A stretch of DNA of 63,018 nucleotides, the filler included, from Corallochytrium limacisporum Hawaii (lineage: Eukaryota > Protista > Pluriformea), in assembly GCA_002811645.1 (NCBI GenBank). It is 5 parts of 5 records of this genome, joined end to end, with 100 filler letters (N's around TTAATTAATTAA, not from the genome) between each part and the next. Parts side by side here need not be neighbours in the genome. Positions count along the whole stretch, not along the records: positions 15,127 to 34,276 come from PDIP01000085.1; positions 34,377 to 52,154 come from PDIP01000254.1; 3 more parts are not named here. One strand, given 5' to 3'. The translations under genes were made by a program, and so were the position numbers. Shown here one piece after another: positions 24,943-35,010 of this stretch. How positions within the stretch are numbered: position 1 is the stretch's first letter; each line of letters begins with the position of its first letter. The notes under the pieces were generated by a model, which was not told the origin of the DNA, made no database searches, and saw only the letters and a program-made list of their open reading frames with translations.

Positions 24943-26367
24943 TTAAACAGCGTCTTCACGTTCTAACAGTGCCGGCTGTGCCTCTTCATCACTAAAGAGG
25001 CCAGTGGGTGTGTTGCGTTGATGATGGGTTCCAGTACTGTGGCCAAGCATTCGACTTGCTGCGACAACTTCGGCAGCACAGATGATAGAATAGAGCAGGA
25101 ACGATGTGCCACCACCAATTGCGCGCAACAAGGAACTTACGGTTAGTGTAACCAAAAAGGCGGCAAACCAATTTCCCCCCACTGCAATCGCAGTACCGGT
25201 GGCACGCGCATACGTGGGGAAGACGTCTGCAACGATTGCCCACGGTAAGGGTCCCAAACCGATGCTAAACGCTGCAATAAACACTAGAAGCGCTATCAAC
25301 GCAAGCTCAGTGTGCACAGCATGAACATCACTCTCTCCACTACCAAGACCACCACTGACCAAATCCTCAGGTTGCAAATAGAAAAAGAGAGCCAGTAGGC
25401 CAGCGCCACCACACATACCTCCACCACTGGCCATCATTAATAGCCGCTGACCAAATCTATCAACAGCGAGAGTGGACACCATCGTCATAATGACCTGGAA
25501 TGTGAAGATATAGATGGCAATAGTTCCTGGGTTGGAAAACCCTGCAATTGCTGCCAGAGGGGTTACAAAGAAAATGACGATGTTGATGCCAGACCACTGC
25601 TGGAATTGTGTGAAGGTTACCGCAATTCTCAAACAATGTCGAAGATTCGGGTCCATCAGAACCTCCTTGACACCAATACCTTTTCCATCAGAGGAATCAT
25701 TTCCAGTTGACCCCCGCACAACTGGCTCATCCATATATTCTTGGGGATTGTGTCCATACCACATGGCCGAAGTCTTTGCTTCATCTAATTGGCCTGAGTG
25801 TTGCTTGGTTTGTGGATCGTCTGGAATGAACATAAAGAGGATTACTGCCACCATGCCCGTTGTGATAACACAGAACCAATTAAGAGCCCTCCATCCCATA
25901 AATAGACCAAGAACATTAATCAAGAGGATACCGTTCACAATACCCAGCTGAGTTATGTTACCAAATGCTCCCTTCCACTGCCTGGTAGCAATGTGGTTTA
26001 GGAAAACAGGTGCCCCGATAGAGAGAGTTCCCAGTGCGAAGCCCACCAATAGTCTTCCTACGGAGAGAAAGAACATGTCGTACGCTAATGCTTGTAGAGC
26101 TGACCCTACTGCATATAGGACGGAACCACCGATCAGTCCTGCACGCGGCCCTCTCCCTTGAACAACCGGGCCCGATATGTAAGATGAAACTCCTGCTGCT
26201 AAAGACAAGCAAGAGGAGTAGAAACTTCCTTCCAGATCCGATAGCTCAAGATCGTGGCTTATCGGTATCAGGGTGGGCGAACTAATGGAAAGGGCAATGC
26301 CCGCGTTGACTGTTGCAAAGCCGGCAATGCCAGCTGCAAATACAAGGTTACCATTTAGATCAGACAT
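24943..26367 (-). CDS. MFS sugar porter (GLUT8/ERD6-like)
   Basis: About 12 TM helices; FQQWSGINIVIFF, VDRFGQR, GLGPLPW...FPTYAR..G, NW motifs; acidic dileucine-like tail DEEAQPALL. Confidence 0.9.
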   Translation of the reverse strand: MSDLNGNLVFAAGIAGFATVNAGIALSISSPTLIPISHDLELSDLEGSFYSSCLSLAAGVSSYISGPVVQGRGPRAGLIGGSVLYAVGSALQALAYDMFFLSVGRLLVGFALGTLSIGAPVFLNHIATRQWKGAFGNITQLGIVNGILLINVLGLFMGWRALNWFCVITTGMVAVILFMFIPDDPQTKQHSGQLDEAKTSAMWYGHNPQEYMDEPVVRGSTGNDSSDGKGIGVKEVLMDPNLRHCLRIAVTFTQFQQWSGINIVIFFVTPLAAIAGFSNPGTIAIYIFTFQVIMTMVSTLAVDRFGQRLLMMASGGGMCGGAGLLALFFYLQPEDLVSGGLGSGESDVHAVHTELALIALLVFIAAFSIGLGPLPWAIVADVFPTYARATGTAIAVGGNWFAAFLVTLTVSSLLRAIGGGTSFLLYSIICAAEVVAASRMLGHSTGTHHQRNTPTGLFSDEEAQPALLEREDAV

Positions 26368-27240
26368 GACTATGAAAAGGACTTAGTTTGTCCAGATAGC
26401 ATCGTGAGGACGTCTTGGTGTTGTGTTCTTTAGCTGCCTGGCGATCTCGCTGTTTCCACTTCTTTCCTGAAATCCTTCAGAACGAGGGGCTCGTTATTAT
26501 TGCTATTGAAATACCACCGTACGAAGATTGACGTTCCGCCCGTATCTGTTCAAACCTCCTCCTCCCGGCCGCAAGTTTGGGAAATACCATCTCTATGCCA
26601 AAAACTGCTTGAGTCTGTGGGTTTCAAAAACCTGTTTTACCCTCCTCCAGTGGGGCTCGGCGAGCAAAACTAGGTGAGCCTTGTCCAAGAAAAAGGCAAA
26701 CAAAAGGACACCGGCGGACTCCCCTTCATCACACAGCCACCAAAAAATAGACAATGAAACGGAAGAAAGACCCCCGCCCCCGTTTCCGAGATTCCAATTT
26801 TTGCCTATGCTCCGCGTCCGACATATTCTCCTGGGCCCGTGTTTTGGGGCTGGGACGTACAGTACTCTATCAGAAAAGGGTACACGGACCAGGTGTAACG
26901 CCACCGTATCAAACCCTCCCCCCTTGCGCAGTATGCCACTGCTGCTGCCCGCATCAAATCTTGTTGCTTGGAACGGGTGGGTTTCGAGCGGGTCCGGACC
27001 CGGGAGGGAATTCAGCGAAGCCAAGGGCACGAAGCTCCCGAGGCGTTGGGACAGGGAAAGGGTGTGAAAATTGATCGGCCACGTTGGGTGCGCCCCCCGA
27101 TCCGGCTGACCTGTCCGTCGCCTGGGAGAGGTGTCATGGACCTTGGTGCCAGATGCCTGTCAATACTTGGTCGGTGGTATTTAATTGGCCAAGGCCTGTG
27201 TATTTATGAAAATGCCAGTTTCTGGTACTTATTCCAGACC

Positions 27241-28071
27241 ATGAGCGATACCAATTTAAAGAAATCTTGGCACCCCCATGCGGCCAAGAGCCGTGCCAGA
27301 CTTGAGCGTGCAGAACAAGCGCATCAGGAAGAGCAAAGAAAGATTCAAGAATGGCGTCGGGAACAGGAGATTGCCGAAGAAAACGCTCAGCTTAAACGTT
27401 CTGCAGAAAATGCAGGCCTAAAGGCAGATCGGCCCGAAAGACTTGACTGGATGTACGAGCACTCAGGAGTGGACTCTCAGGAAAAAGAAACTGTCGAAAA
27501 CTACAGTCCATCGTATAAAAAATCTGCTTCGCTGGCGAAGCAGTCAGCAAAAGATTCAAATAAGCCATCCACAGATCTCCTCCTAGGTCACAAAAGCTTA
27601 GATAAGGCAGCAATCTCATCGATTTCACAGGCGGATCCATCTTCCAAAGTGGCCGACGACCCCGCCGAAGACCGCCGTCAACAGAGATTGGCTTTGGAGG
27701 ATCCTATGGCCCTGATGATGCAAGCTCCAAGTACCAAAAGGGTCCACACATCCATCTCTTTAAGCCACAGGTCAAATGTGCGGGATCACATGGTCCATCC
27801 TCGCTCCCAAAGAGCAACCGGACGGCAGCACGTTGACCAACATGACGCATGTCACAGAGAGCCGAGAACTTCACACAAGGACCATAAGAGACACCCGACT
27901 CCTCCGCGAGGACGCTTCCGTTCCAAGGATGATCACCGGCATCGAGAGCGCCAAATATCAGAACGGAGCCATGGTGGAAAAGCTCGGGAACATCGCAGAC
28001 GCCGGCGATATCGAGATGGTTATCGTAGCAGGAGTCGTAGCCGAGAGCGGTCTCCGCGTGATCGTACTTGA
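27241..28071 (+). CDS. CWC25: Pre-mRNA splicing factor CWC25
   Basis: N-terminal MSDTNLKKSWHP, coiled coil, ERLDWMY, LLG and EDPMA motifs, RS-rich tail. True start is ATG 27241. Confidence 0.9.
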   Translation: MSDTNLKKSWHPHAAKSRARLERAEQAHQEEQRKIQEWRREQEIAEENAQLKRSAENAGLKADRPERLDWMYEHSGVDSQEKETVENYSPSYKKSASLAKQSAKDSNKPSTDLLLGHKSLDKAAISSISQADPSSKVADDPAEDRRQQRLALEDPMALMMQAPSTKRVHTSISLSHRSNVRDHMVHPRSQRATGRQHVDQHDACHREPRTSHKDHKRHPTPPRGRFRSKDDHRHRERQISERSHGGKAREHRRRRRYRDGYRSRSRSRERSPRDRT

Positions 28072-28161
28072 ATACACACACAACATGTAAGCTTAGGCAC
28101 AGTTTAATAAAAATTCCAACAAACTCTGTTTGATCTGAGCTTTTCTACATCTTGTTGCATT

Positions 28162-29397
28162 CTACGATTTGGTGATCGTACCAGGAAGATCAAAGACGTC
28201 CACGCCTTCGACCATTGGGACCGGCCGTCCAAAGGCTAAGACCGGTAGCTGCTCGTCGACGCTAATCTCTTCCAGCTGAAGCCACGATGGGCGACAAAAG
28301 CCGCTCTCTGAGGGCTTTAGTAAATCGAAAGAGACTCCGTATTCCTCTGCTACATTGTGAAGCATGCTAATACGGTCCTCACTGTCGTCGACATCTCTCA
28401 ACTCGTCCATGGATGAGGCCGCTCCAACAGAGTCTACATCACCATCATTGTCGGAGACAGCAACACGCTTGCGGCCTTTGCCACCATTCTTGCCCTTTCC
28501 AGATCCTTGGGCACCTTTTCTGCGGCTGTGCCAGAACCGTTCTTCTCGTTCTTGCAGCCTCTGGGCATGGCGGCGCATCTCTTCAACCTGCTTATCATAG
28601 CGCTTCTGCCTTCGTTCTTCATTATATGAACGCAAATGTCTTCGTTCATAAGCAAGGCTATCAGTTTCTTCAAACTGGTCGGAGTCGTCTATGAATTCGG
28701 CACTGACAGACTCTCTCTCGTGGGAGGACGCACGAACATCCTGGCTTGAGTTAGATCTGCTCAAAATTCGCGGTTTGTTGCCAGACGCAGATCCGTTACT
28801 TGCAACAGATGAACGTCTAGATCGAGGCTCCATTTTTGCACGGCGACGACCACGCAAGGAATATCGATCTTTCCACAATTCATCTTCATCCAAGCGTCTA
28901 TAGCCAGGAACATGAATCACGGATTCGCAGTTGCTTGCACTGGTATCAACGGCGTAGTTTTGAGCTTCTCCAGGTGAGCGCAGAGATTCATTGGCAGAGA
29001 TAGTACTCTGTGACATGTCAAGTGGTTTTTGGTCTTCCACGTCCAAGGAAAGTTTGTCATAAATGTCTTGACGGGTCAAACTACCTGTAGCTAGTGGTCC
29101 AATGGTCACATGGACCGGTTCAGAAGAAGTGAAAAGTGGCGCAGCCCGCAAAAGTGGATGCAGTCCTCTCGTGTCTCGTTCTGGGTTGGACAACAGTGAC
29201 TGACCGACTACTTTCTTTTGTCTGCCTCGCTTCCGCGGTATTTGGCCATTCTCAGCAGTTGGAACGCTATCTCCTGGAGATAAGCGCTCCGGAGCCTTGA
29301 CGTTCCTCCTGGGTCGTTTAGGTGCATTGGAATCGTTGTTCTCTTGGACCGATATTTTGAAAGACTGACTAAGTCGCACAGGATGCGAAGCGTACAA
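28162..29397 (-). CDS. MSL1: MSL1-like PEHE-domain protein (MOF/MSL3-binding scaffold)
   Basis: VPGYR...ETDSLAYERRHLRSYNEERRQKRYD and terminal LPVLAFGRPVP..FDLP match the animal MSL1 PEHE pattern. Start uncertain: the ORF begins at TTG, and an upstream GTAAGT donor lies near 29441. Confidence 0.75.
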   Translation of the reverse strand: MYASHPVRLSQSFKISVQENNDSNAPKRPRRNVKAPERLSPGDSVPTAENGQIPRKRGRQKKVVGQSLLSNPERDTRGLHPLLRAAPLFTSSEPVHVTIGPLATGSLTRQDIYDKLSLDVEDQKPLDMSQSTISANESLRSPGEAQNYAVDTSASNCESVIHVPGYRRLDEDELWKDRYSLRGRRRAKMEPRSRRSSVASNGSASGNKPRILSRSNSSQDVRASSHERESVSAEFIDDSDQFEETDSLAYERRHLRSYNEERRQKRYDKQVEEMRRHAQRLQEREERFWHSRRKGAQGSGKGKNGGKGRKRVAVSDNDGDVDSVGAASSMDELRDVDDSEDRISMLHNVAEEYGVSFDLLKPSESGFCRPSWLQLEEISVDEQLPVLAFGRPVPMVEGVDVFDLPGTITKS

Positions 29398-30650
29398 CTA
29401 TGCACACATGTCCCTGAAACTATTTATTGTCGCGGACTTACCAATTAGGCAATGGAGCGGATCTCAGACCTAGGGCACAGATTGAGGTCACCATGCAAGG
29501 AAGTAGCTTAACGTTCAGTATCCAGGAACGCATTTTCAACCCAAGTTTCTGTTGTTCACAGGTCACCTCTTGAACTCAACACCGCATTCAACATAAAGGG
29601 CATTCCACAAGCTGCCGATGATTGCACATCGGCAATGAATACACACCCATCGATTTCAAGACTAGATTGGGGTGAAGGAAGTATACCCCAACAACCACGT
29701 CCCCCCCCCTTCCCGTACCCAGATCACTGCGTTGGTGACACAGGACCAGATACTCAGAATGCAGGAGCAGGTACGTTTGAAAGGGGGGAGGGGGAAGAAC
29801 GATTTGGAAGACGGAGGGGTTTGACACACGCACAAACACGTACTGGGGCACACAAAGGGAATGGCCCGAGTCTCTCCACATGCGCAGTCTGTTTTCCTGC
29901 TGGGAGCGAGGGGCTCTGGAAGGAGGGTTACAGGATCCGTGGCAGGAAATGTGGCCTGGGCTCGGAGGGCTCAGCATCAGTCCAGGCCCCTTTGCCTCGC
30001 AAAGCCGAAGGGTTCGTCCTTGGGCCGAAAGTACTCACCTATCCGAACACACAGCTTTAGAAGCTTGGAGGCAACAACAGGCAAGGGGGTCTGAGCAGGG
30101 GGGTCCCGGTTTATAGATAGTCGTGGGTTGCAGAGAACAACAGTGCGGACTGCTGAACGATGTCAGCACTACAGGTGGGCGATATGATGGCTCGCGTTTT
30201 CATTTGTCCCTGGGGCTTCCCCTGCCCCTTGCGGCCCGGCTTTCCGTCTCTTCCCCCTATCATGTATATATAGTGTAGGAATTCGGTGTGGGTCAGGACC
30301 GCCGGCATCTGATGTTGCGCAGTTCAATACACACTGCCCCGCGAGTGCCTGACAGTGAGAGAAGGAAGGACGACCCGATCGAGCCCTGGTACTGCAGGAT
30401 AGGTGCTGCATATTTTGCGGGGGAAGGATTTAGGGAGGGGAGGGGGACCCTTGAAAATAGATGATGCATTTGGAAAGGGTCGATGGAATGAACCAGATGT
30501 GTGTCAACCTTTGCTGACGCGCCGGGTTTCTTTTCCAATTCTTTTGGCTTCAGATGAAATGGTACTTAAGTTTTCAGACTCCTATGGTCTGCAAACCAAA
30601 AGTTAAGTAGTATTGAAATCTCGGCAGCACGGAGCCTACAAAGGTAAACA

Positions 30651-31676
30651 ATGACAGGAATCAAAGTGGAAAGACTGTTCATCCACCCGGTAAAGTCCTG
30701 CCGGGCCATCGAGGTTAAGTCATATGAACTGGATCGTCTGGGCCCGAAATTCGACCGCCGCTGGTGTATTGCTGAAGATGAAGGACGCATGTTTGTGACT
30801 CTGCGCAAATTTCCCAAGCTCGCCACCATTGTCCCTGTCCTTGACTTTGCGACCGGCACCCTCACTTTGACTGCTCCCGGGGTGGAAGACTTTGAGGTTC
30901 CTGCTTGGGATAGTCTACATGCCAAACCAGTTAAGACCACAGTGTGGGGTTCTAACTTTGAAACTCTGGATCTTGGGCCCCTTTGCACAGACTGGCTCAA
31001 GGACGCTCTTGGAAAGGGTGGCCTCACCATTGTCACACTCAAACCTTTGGAAGAACACAAACGCGGAATCAGCAATGAGTACGGAGCATCACCTCGGAAT
31101 GGCATTGATGTTGGCTTTGCTGATGGATACCCGTTTCTGCTGGCCAATCAGGCGAGTGTGGAGGCCGTCAGTCAAGATTGCGGTGTTGCCATTGAAATGG
31201 AACGCTTCAGACCCAATATTGTTGTGAGCGGTGCAGCGGCATGGGAGGAGGATGTCTTCGACTGCGTCCAAGTGGGTAAAGTGGTTCTAGATTTTGCAAA
31301 ACCATGCGACCGTTGTACGGTGCCTACAGTGAGCCCCAAGACAGGTGTGCGTCGGGAAGATTGGGCGCCTCGGCCGTCTCTGCTGAGACTCCGCAAGGAT
31401 GCCCAAAGTGGGGCGCCTTTGTTTGGCATTAACATGAATCACAGAGCTCCTGGAAACGTTATTTCCGTCGGTGATGAAGTACAGATTTTGAAGACACGCA
31501 TACCGCCACAACTGGCAGGACCTAAAGCTCAGAATTTCCAAGGGGGGAACGTTGTGGACTCCCTCGCCGGTGTAGGCATGGTCGCGGTGGCAGCAGGCCT
31601 TGCCATCATCGCCATTGTGCTCTCAATGGACAAGGATGAATCGCCGTTCAATTTCTTCCAAGCGAACCATATCTGA
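30651..31676 (+). CDS. MOSC-domain molybdoprotein (mARC/YcbX family)
   Basis: LFIHPVKSC, DRRW, FADGYPFLL, RFRPNIVV, KPCDRC (Moco Cys), PLFG, GNVISVGD; C-terminal hydrophobic helix. Confidence 0.92.
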   Translation: MTGIKVERLFIHPVKSCRAIEVKSYELDRLGPKFDRRWCIAEDEGRMFVTLRKFPKLATIVPVLDFATGTLTLTAPGVEDFEVPAWDSLHAKPVKTTVWGSNFETLDLGPLCTDWLKDALGKGGLTIVTLKPLEEHKRGISNEYGASPRNGIDVGFADGYPFLLANQASVEAVSQDCGVAIEMERFRPNIVVSGAAAWEEDVFDCVQVGKVVLDFAKPCDRCTVPTVSPKTGVRREDWAPRPSLLRLRKDAQSGAPLFGINMNHRAPGNVISVGDEVQILKTRIPPQLAGPKAQNFQGGNVVDSLAGVGMVAVAAGLAIIAIVLSMDKDESPFNFFQANHI

Positions 31677-31799
31677 GGAAAAGCGCGTGTGATTGTGCGT
31701 GATTGAGATCTTCAGCACATAGGATTTGACAGTAAAGCACTTCATACGCGGGAATTATGTCCATTATGTCTTTTTTAATCAATCACTTGCCACAGTAAG

Positions 31800-33041
31800 T
31801 CACACGACGGCACCACCACAAGAGGATCCCGATCCTGCAGTGCATGCAAAGCAGTGCTTGGCAGTCCGAATCCGCAGGTCCTTAAGGTCGTCGACGGTCT
31901 CAATGTCCCATATGCTGTAGTTGTCCTGCTGCTCCGCTAAGATGTCAGGGCGAGCCGAACTCTGCCGCGATGGGCTACGGGTAAGTGGCAGTTCAAGCTG
32001 CTGGTTGAAGTCACAGTCCCACACCTGGCCATCCCAAGAAACACTCAATGTATTCCGACACATGACACCATCTACCGTCGCCACATTAAAGCTATTCAGC
32101 AGGGTGCTAAAGTACTCAGTAAACTTGCCCGCCTTGAACAAATCGTCAGCGAACCGCTTGATGGGCATATTGGTGATGGTGAAGAGGTCGTTGAACTCAA
32201 TCTCGAAAGCATCCATCAGCTCCTTCTTATACTGGGCTTTCAGATTTTCCTGGGCAGGAGGAAGGAATGGACCACCTGGGTTGTACACGAGATGCAGTTT
32301 GGGGCCATCTTCTCGTCCATAGCCCAGGGAATTCAACAGGCGTAATGCCGTCACGCTGCCGTCGAATACACCCTTGCCACGCTGCTTATCCACATTCTCC
32401 AGAGAATAGCAAGGTAGAGACGCCACAATGGTAACCTCATTGTCCCTCAGAAAATGAGCGGTGTCTTCCTGACCTGGTTCCTGAAGCACGGTGAGATTGC
32501 AGCGATCATAGACCTCCAGTCCGGCCTTCCGACCCTCCTGAACAAGGTATCGGAAGTTTGGGTTTAATTCAGGGGCACCGCCAGTGATATCAAGGGTAGT
32601 GAGGTTATGCGGTCTGTTCATTAGCTCTACCAGACGCTCTGACGTCTCGCGGTCCATGTTCTCCTTTTTCTTCGTCGGACCACTCTCAACATGGCAGTGG
32701 TGACAGACCAAGTTACACAGCTTTCCGATATTTACCTGCAGAATAGAAGTTGTGTCTCGTTTCAATGTTCCACATCCCACTTCCTCGAGATGCTCGCTGA
32801 ACTTGGGAATATGTTCAGAGTTCCGCGTCAGCATCAGCTCCCGACGATGCTTCTTCTTTGCCTCCCGTCGTCGCACAATAGCAATGGCCTCTTTGAGGCT
32901 CATCTCAGGCTTATCATTGAAACTTGCAGGCATTGCTTCTGCTGAGCGATGGCGAATAGCGCCAAGGCTGACTACAGGGGCAGAGCAAGCTGCCAGGCGA
33001 GTGGCAATTCCACTCTGGGTGCGCACTGCTGTGGACAGCAT
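31800..33041 (-). CDS. arsS: Arsenosugar-biosynthesis-type radical SAM protein (ArsS; radical SAM/Cys-rich, DUF3641)
   Basis: LQVNIGKLCNLVCHHCHVESGP (CX3CX2C), DITGGAPELN, DRCNLT, ASLPCY..NVDKQRG, LVYNP, TNMPIKRF, VMCR..SV.WDG..DCDFNQ, HCFACTAGSGSSCGG. Arg/Ser/Ala-rich N-terminal extension. Confidence 0.9.
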   Translation of the reverse strand: MLSTAVRTQSGIATRLAACSAPVVSLGAIRHRSAEAMPASFNDKPEMSLKEAIAIVRRREAKKKHRRELMLTRNSEHIPKFSEHLEEVGCGTLKRDTTSILQVNIGKLCNLVCHHCHVESGPTKKKENMDRETSERLVELMNRPHNLTTLDITGGAPELNPNFRYLVQEGRKAGLEVYDRCNLTVLQEPGQEDTAHFLRDNEVTIVASLPCYSLENVDKQRGKGVFDGSVTALRLLNSLGYGREDGPKLHLVYNPGGPFLPPAQENLKAQYKKELMDAFEIEFNDLFTITNMPIKRFADDLFKAGKFTEYFSTLLNSFNVATVDGVMCRNTLSVSWDGQVWDCDFNQQLELPLTRSPSRQSSARPDILAEQQDNYSIWDIETVDDLKDLRIRTAKHCFACTAGSGSSCGGAVV

Positions 33042-34185
33042 ATTTCTTGTGTGAATCCGGAAGATTAGACAAATACATAAAACTAGCGCTATGCTCTGGG
33101 CGGTTTTTTCTCAAATACTTGCCGTTCGCGAATAAATCAGTTGGCGTTTCTGTTCCGGGAGAATAAATCGAGCCACCCCTTAGTTGACATAGAGCAGGCC
33201 GCGGACGCTGAGGAGAGCCATCACCGCAGGTTCCTCCTCCCCAACACTACCCTTCCGATTGCGCGCCCAACACAGCTGCATTTGCTCAGTCCATCCCTTG
33301 CCCAACTTGATTGTTCGCTTCCGCCCTGCTCATCTGAGCTTAGTGAGACTATGGACAGTTCGATCCGGTTACCGCAGGCCTGATGCGTATTGCCGCTGTC
33401 AGTTGAAGCATTCACCGGTCTGAGTAGTTGTGTCCATGCCTATCCAAAGACCCACACACACACGCTCACGCACATACCCTCCTGGGGGTTATGCTGGGAT
33501 GGGGATGTCTTACTTTGCCCCCCCCCCCCTTACTGACACATGCCTGTACCACTGGTGTGATTTAGAAGTGGTTCCGATGCGTTCAGTACCCGGCGACTCC
33601 GCGAGGGCCAAGGAAAACAGGCGGGCGGCTCGGGACAGGCTCAAAACTTTTTCAACCGGATTGATCCCAAGACAAAATGGTCAAACACTGAGGCGGTCTT
33701 GGGGCAGCACACTGCTTCGAAGACGCGTAAAAAGTAAGGAGGAAAAAGGAAAGCCAAAGAAAGGAAAAAAAAAAGACGATGAACAAAACAGGGCAGGAGA
33801 GTTAGGTAACCCCACCGTACGTGGCGGCGATAGCGCGGGGAATCACGGCCTCCCTCGCAATGGTGACTGGCCCGGTAAGGACGCCGGAACCATTTCACCC
33901 TCCAAACCGACCTTCCCCGAATTTTTGGGAGCAGTCAAAGCCTCAATGCGCGACCTCCGGACTCACCGGCTCTCCCGGGTAGGGGGTAGATAATGGGGCC
34001 ATAGGCGGGATTCCGATTGTGTCAACTTGGAGCTTACGCCGCGAAGCAAGGACTTACACATACTTCATAATGAATGTATGAATGTCGTAGTTGAATTACA
34101 CTTTCAGTAGTACCGGCGGACCTCCTCGGGTTGGCGCGTCCGAACAAGGTACGGTCGTCGAAAAAATAGGGCCCACTTACGGATA

Positions 34186-34513
34186 TACCACCCTCTGTCT
34201 CCTAAGTATGAGACAAATCGCACGAAAACGAGAACCCCGATCACTCTTTTTAATCATGATTGAGTAATATATATTTNNNNNNNNNNNNNNNNNNNNNNNN
34301 NNNNNNNNNNNNNNNNNNNNTTAATTAATTAANNNNNNNNNNNNNNNNNNNNNNNNNNNNNNNNNNNNNNNNNNNNGGACTGAAAATTGGCTCGGGGATA
34401 GAGTCGGCTACGCTGAGTTTGAACGCGCAAAATGTTTCCCGCCACAGCGGTCGGGATTCGAATGAATGTGATTTGAATAGATTCGGCCTAATATTATGAG
34501 ACAGAGGGTGGTA
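34186..34513. mobile_element. TIR DNA transposon (IS630-Tc1-mariner-like) with both ends visible and the interior lost in the gap
   Basis: TA|CCACCCTCTGTCTC at 34186-34201 and GAGACAGAGGGTGG|TA at 34498-34513: a perfect 14-bp inverted repeat with TA on both sides. Confidence 0.85.
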
Positions 34514-34546
34514 TGTGCTTTTCCCATACTCACCCCCGCCCCGGTC

Positions 34547-34709
34547 TGACGTCAATACTCTCTTCACTCTCTCCGTTCGCCAAACTCGCTCCAAATGGGT
34601 GGCTGGTTTAAGAGGCCCATCCAAATCACGACAACTTAATTCATTTAATGATAGTTTAGGTTATTCAGTTTAAGCGCAAAACCGCCCCTTTTCTTCATCT
34701 TTTTGGCGC
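34547..34709 (+). promoter_or_regulatory. Candidate CRE (TGACGTCA 34547-34554) and E2F-type (TTTGGCGC 34702-34709) sites upstream of CDC16
   Basis: Exact consensus matches upstream of a cell-cycle gene. The motifs are short and their function is unproven. Confidence 0.35.
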
Positions 34710-35010
34710 GAGAAGGGGAAGCGGACTGGAACTGCACCGTAGGGACCACAGTTTGAGACCAAGTCGTTGACGAGCAAGTGGGCAATGTGAGACTTTCGTT
34801 ATGTCAATTTAAACATGATCCGTGACGACCAAATACGTACTTCTAGACCATTTTAGAAGTATTGAGAGCTACTGAGGACAAAGTTCTGGTCAGTTTTTGG
34901 TCGGCTAGGAACTCGTTGTGAAGAATATTGTGGGGAAGCGGAATTGACAATGTAAGACATCGAGGACGTAGCTCAACCGTGATTTGTGAATAGCAGGAGA
35001 TTTGAATATC

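Noticed and set aside
26968-27240. N-terminal extension of CWC25 in the ORF track
   Set aside because: It starts at TTG, whereas the conserved CWC25 N-terminus begins at ATG 27241.
31800-31830. Selenocysteine in the ArsS C-terminal SSxGG motif
   Set aside because: The codon is TGT (Cys). The TGA lies at the normal end of the protein.
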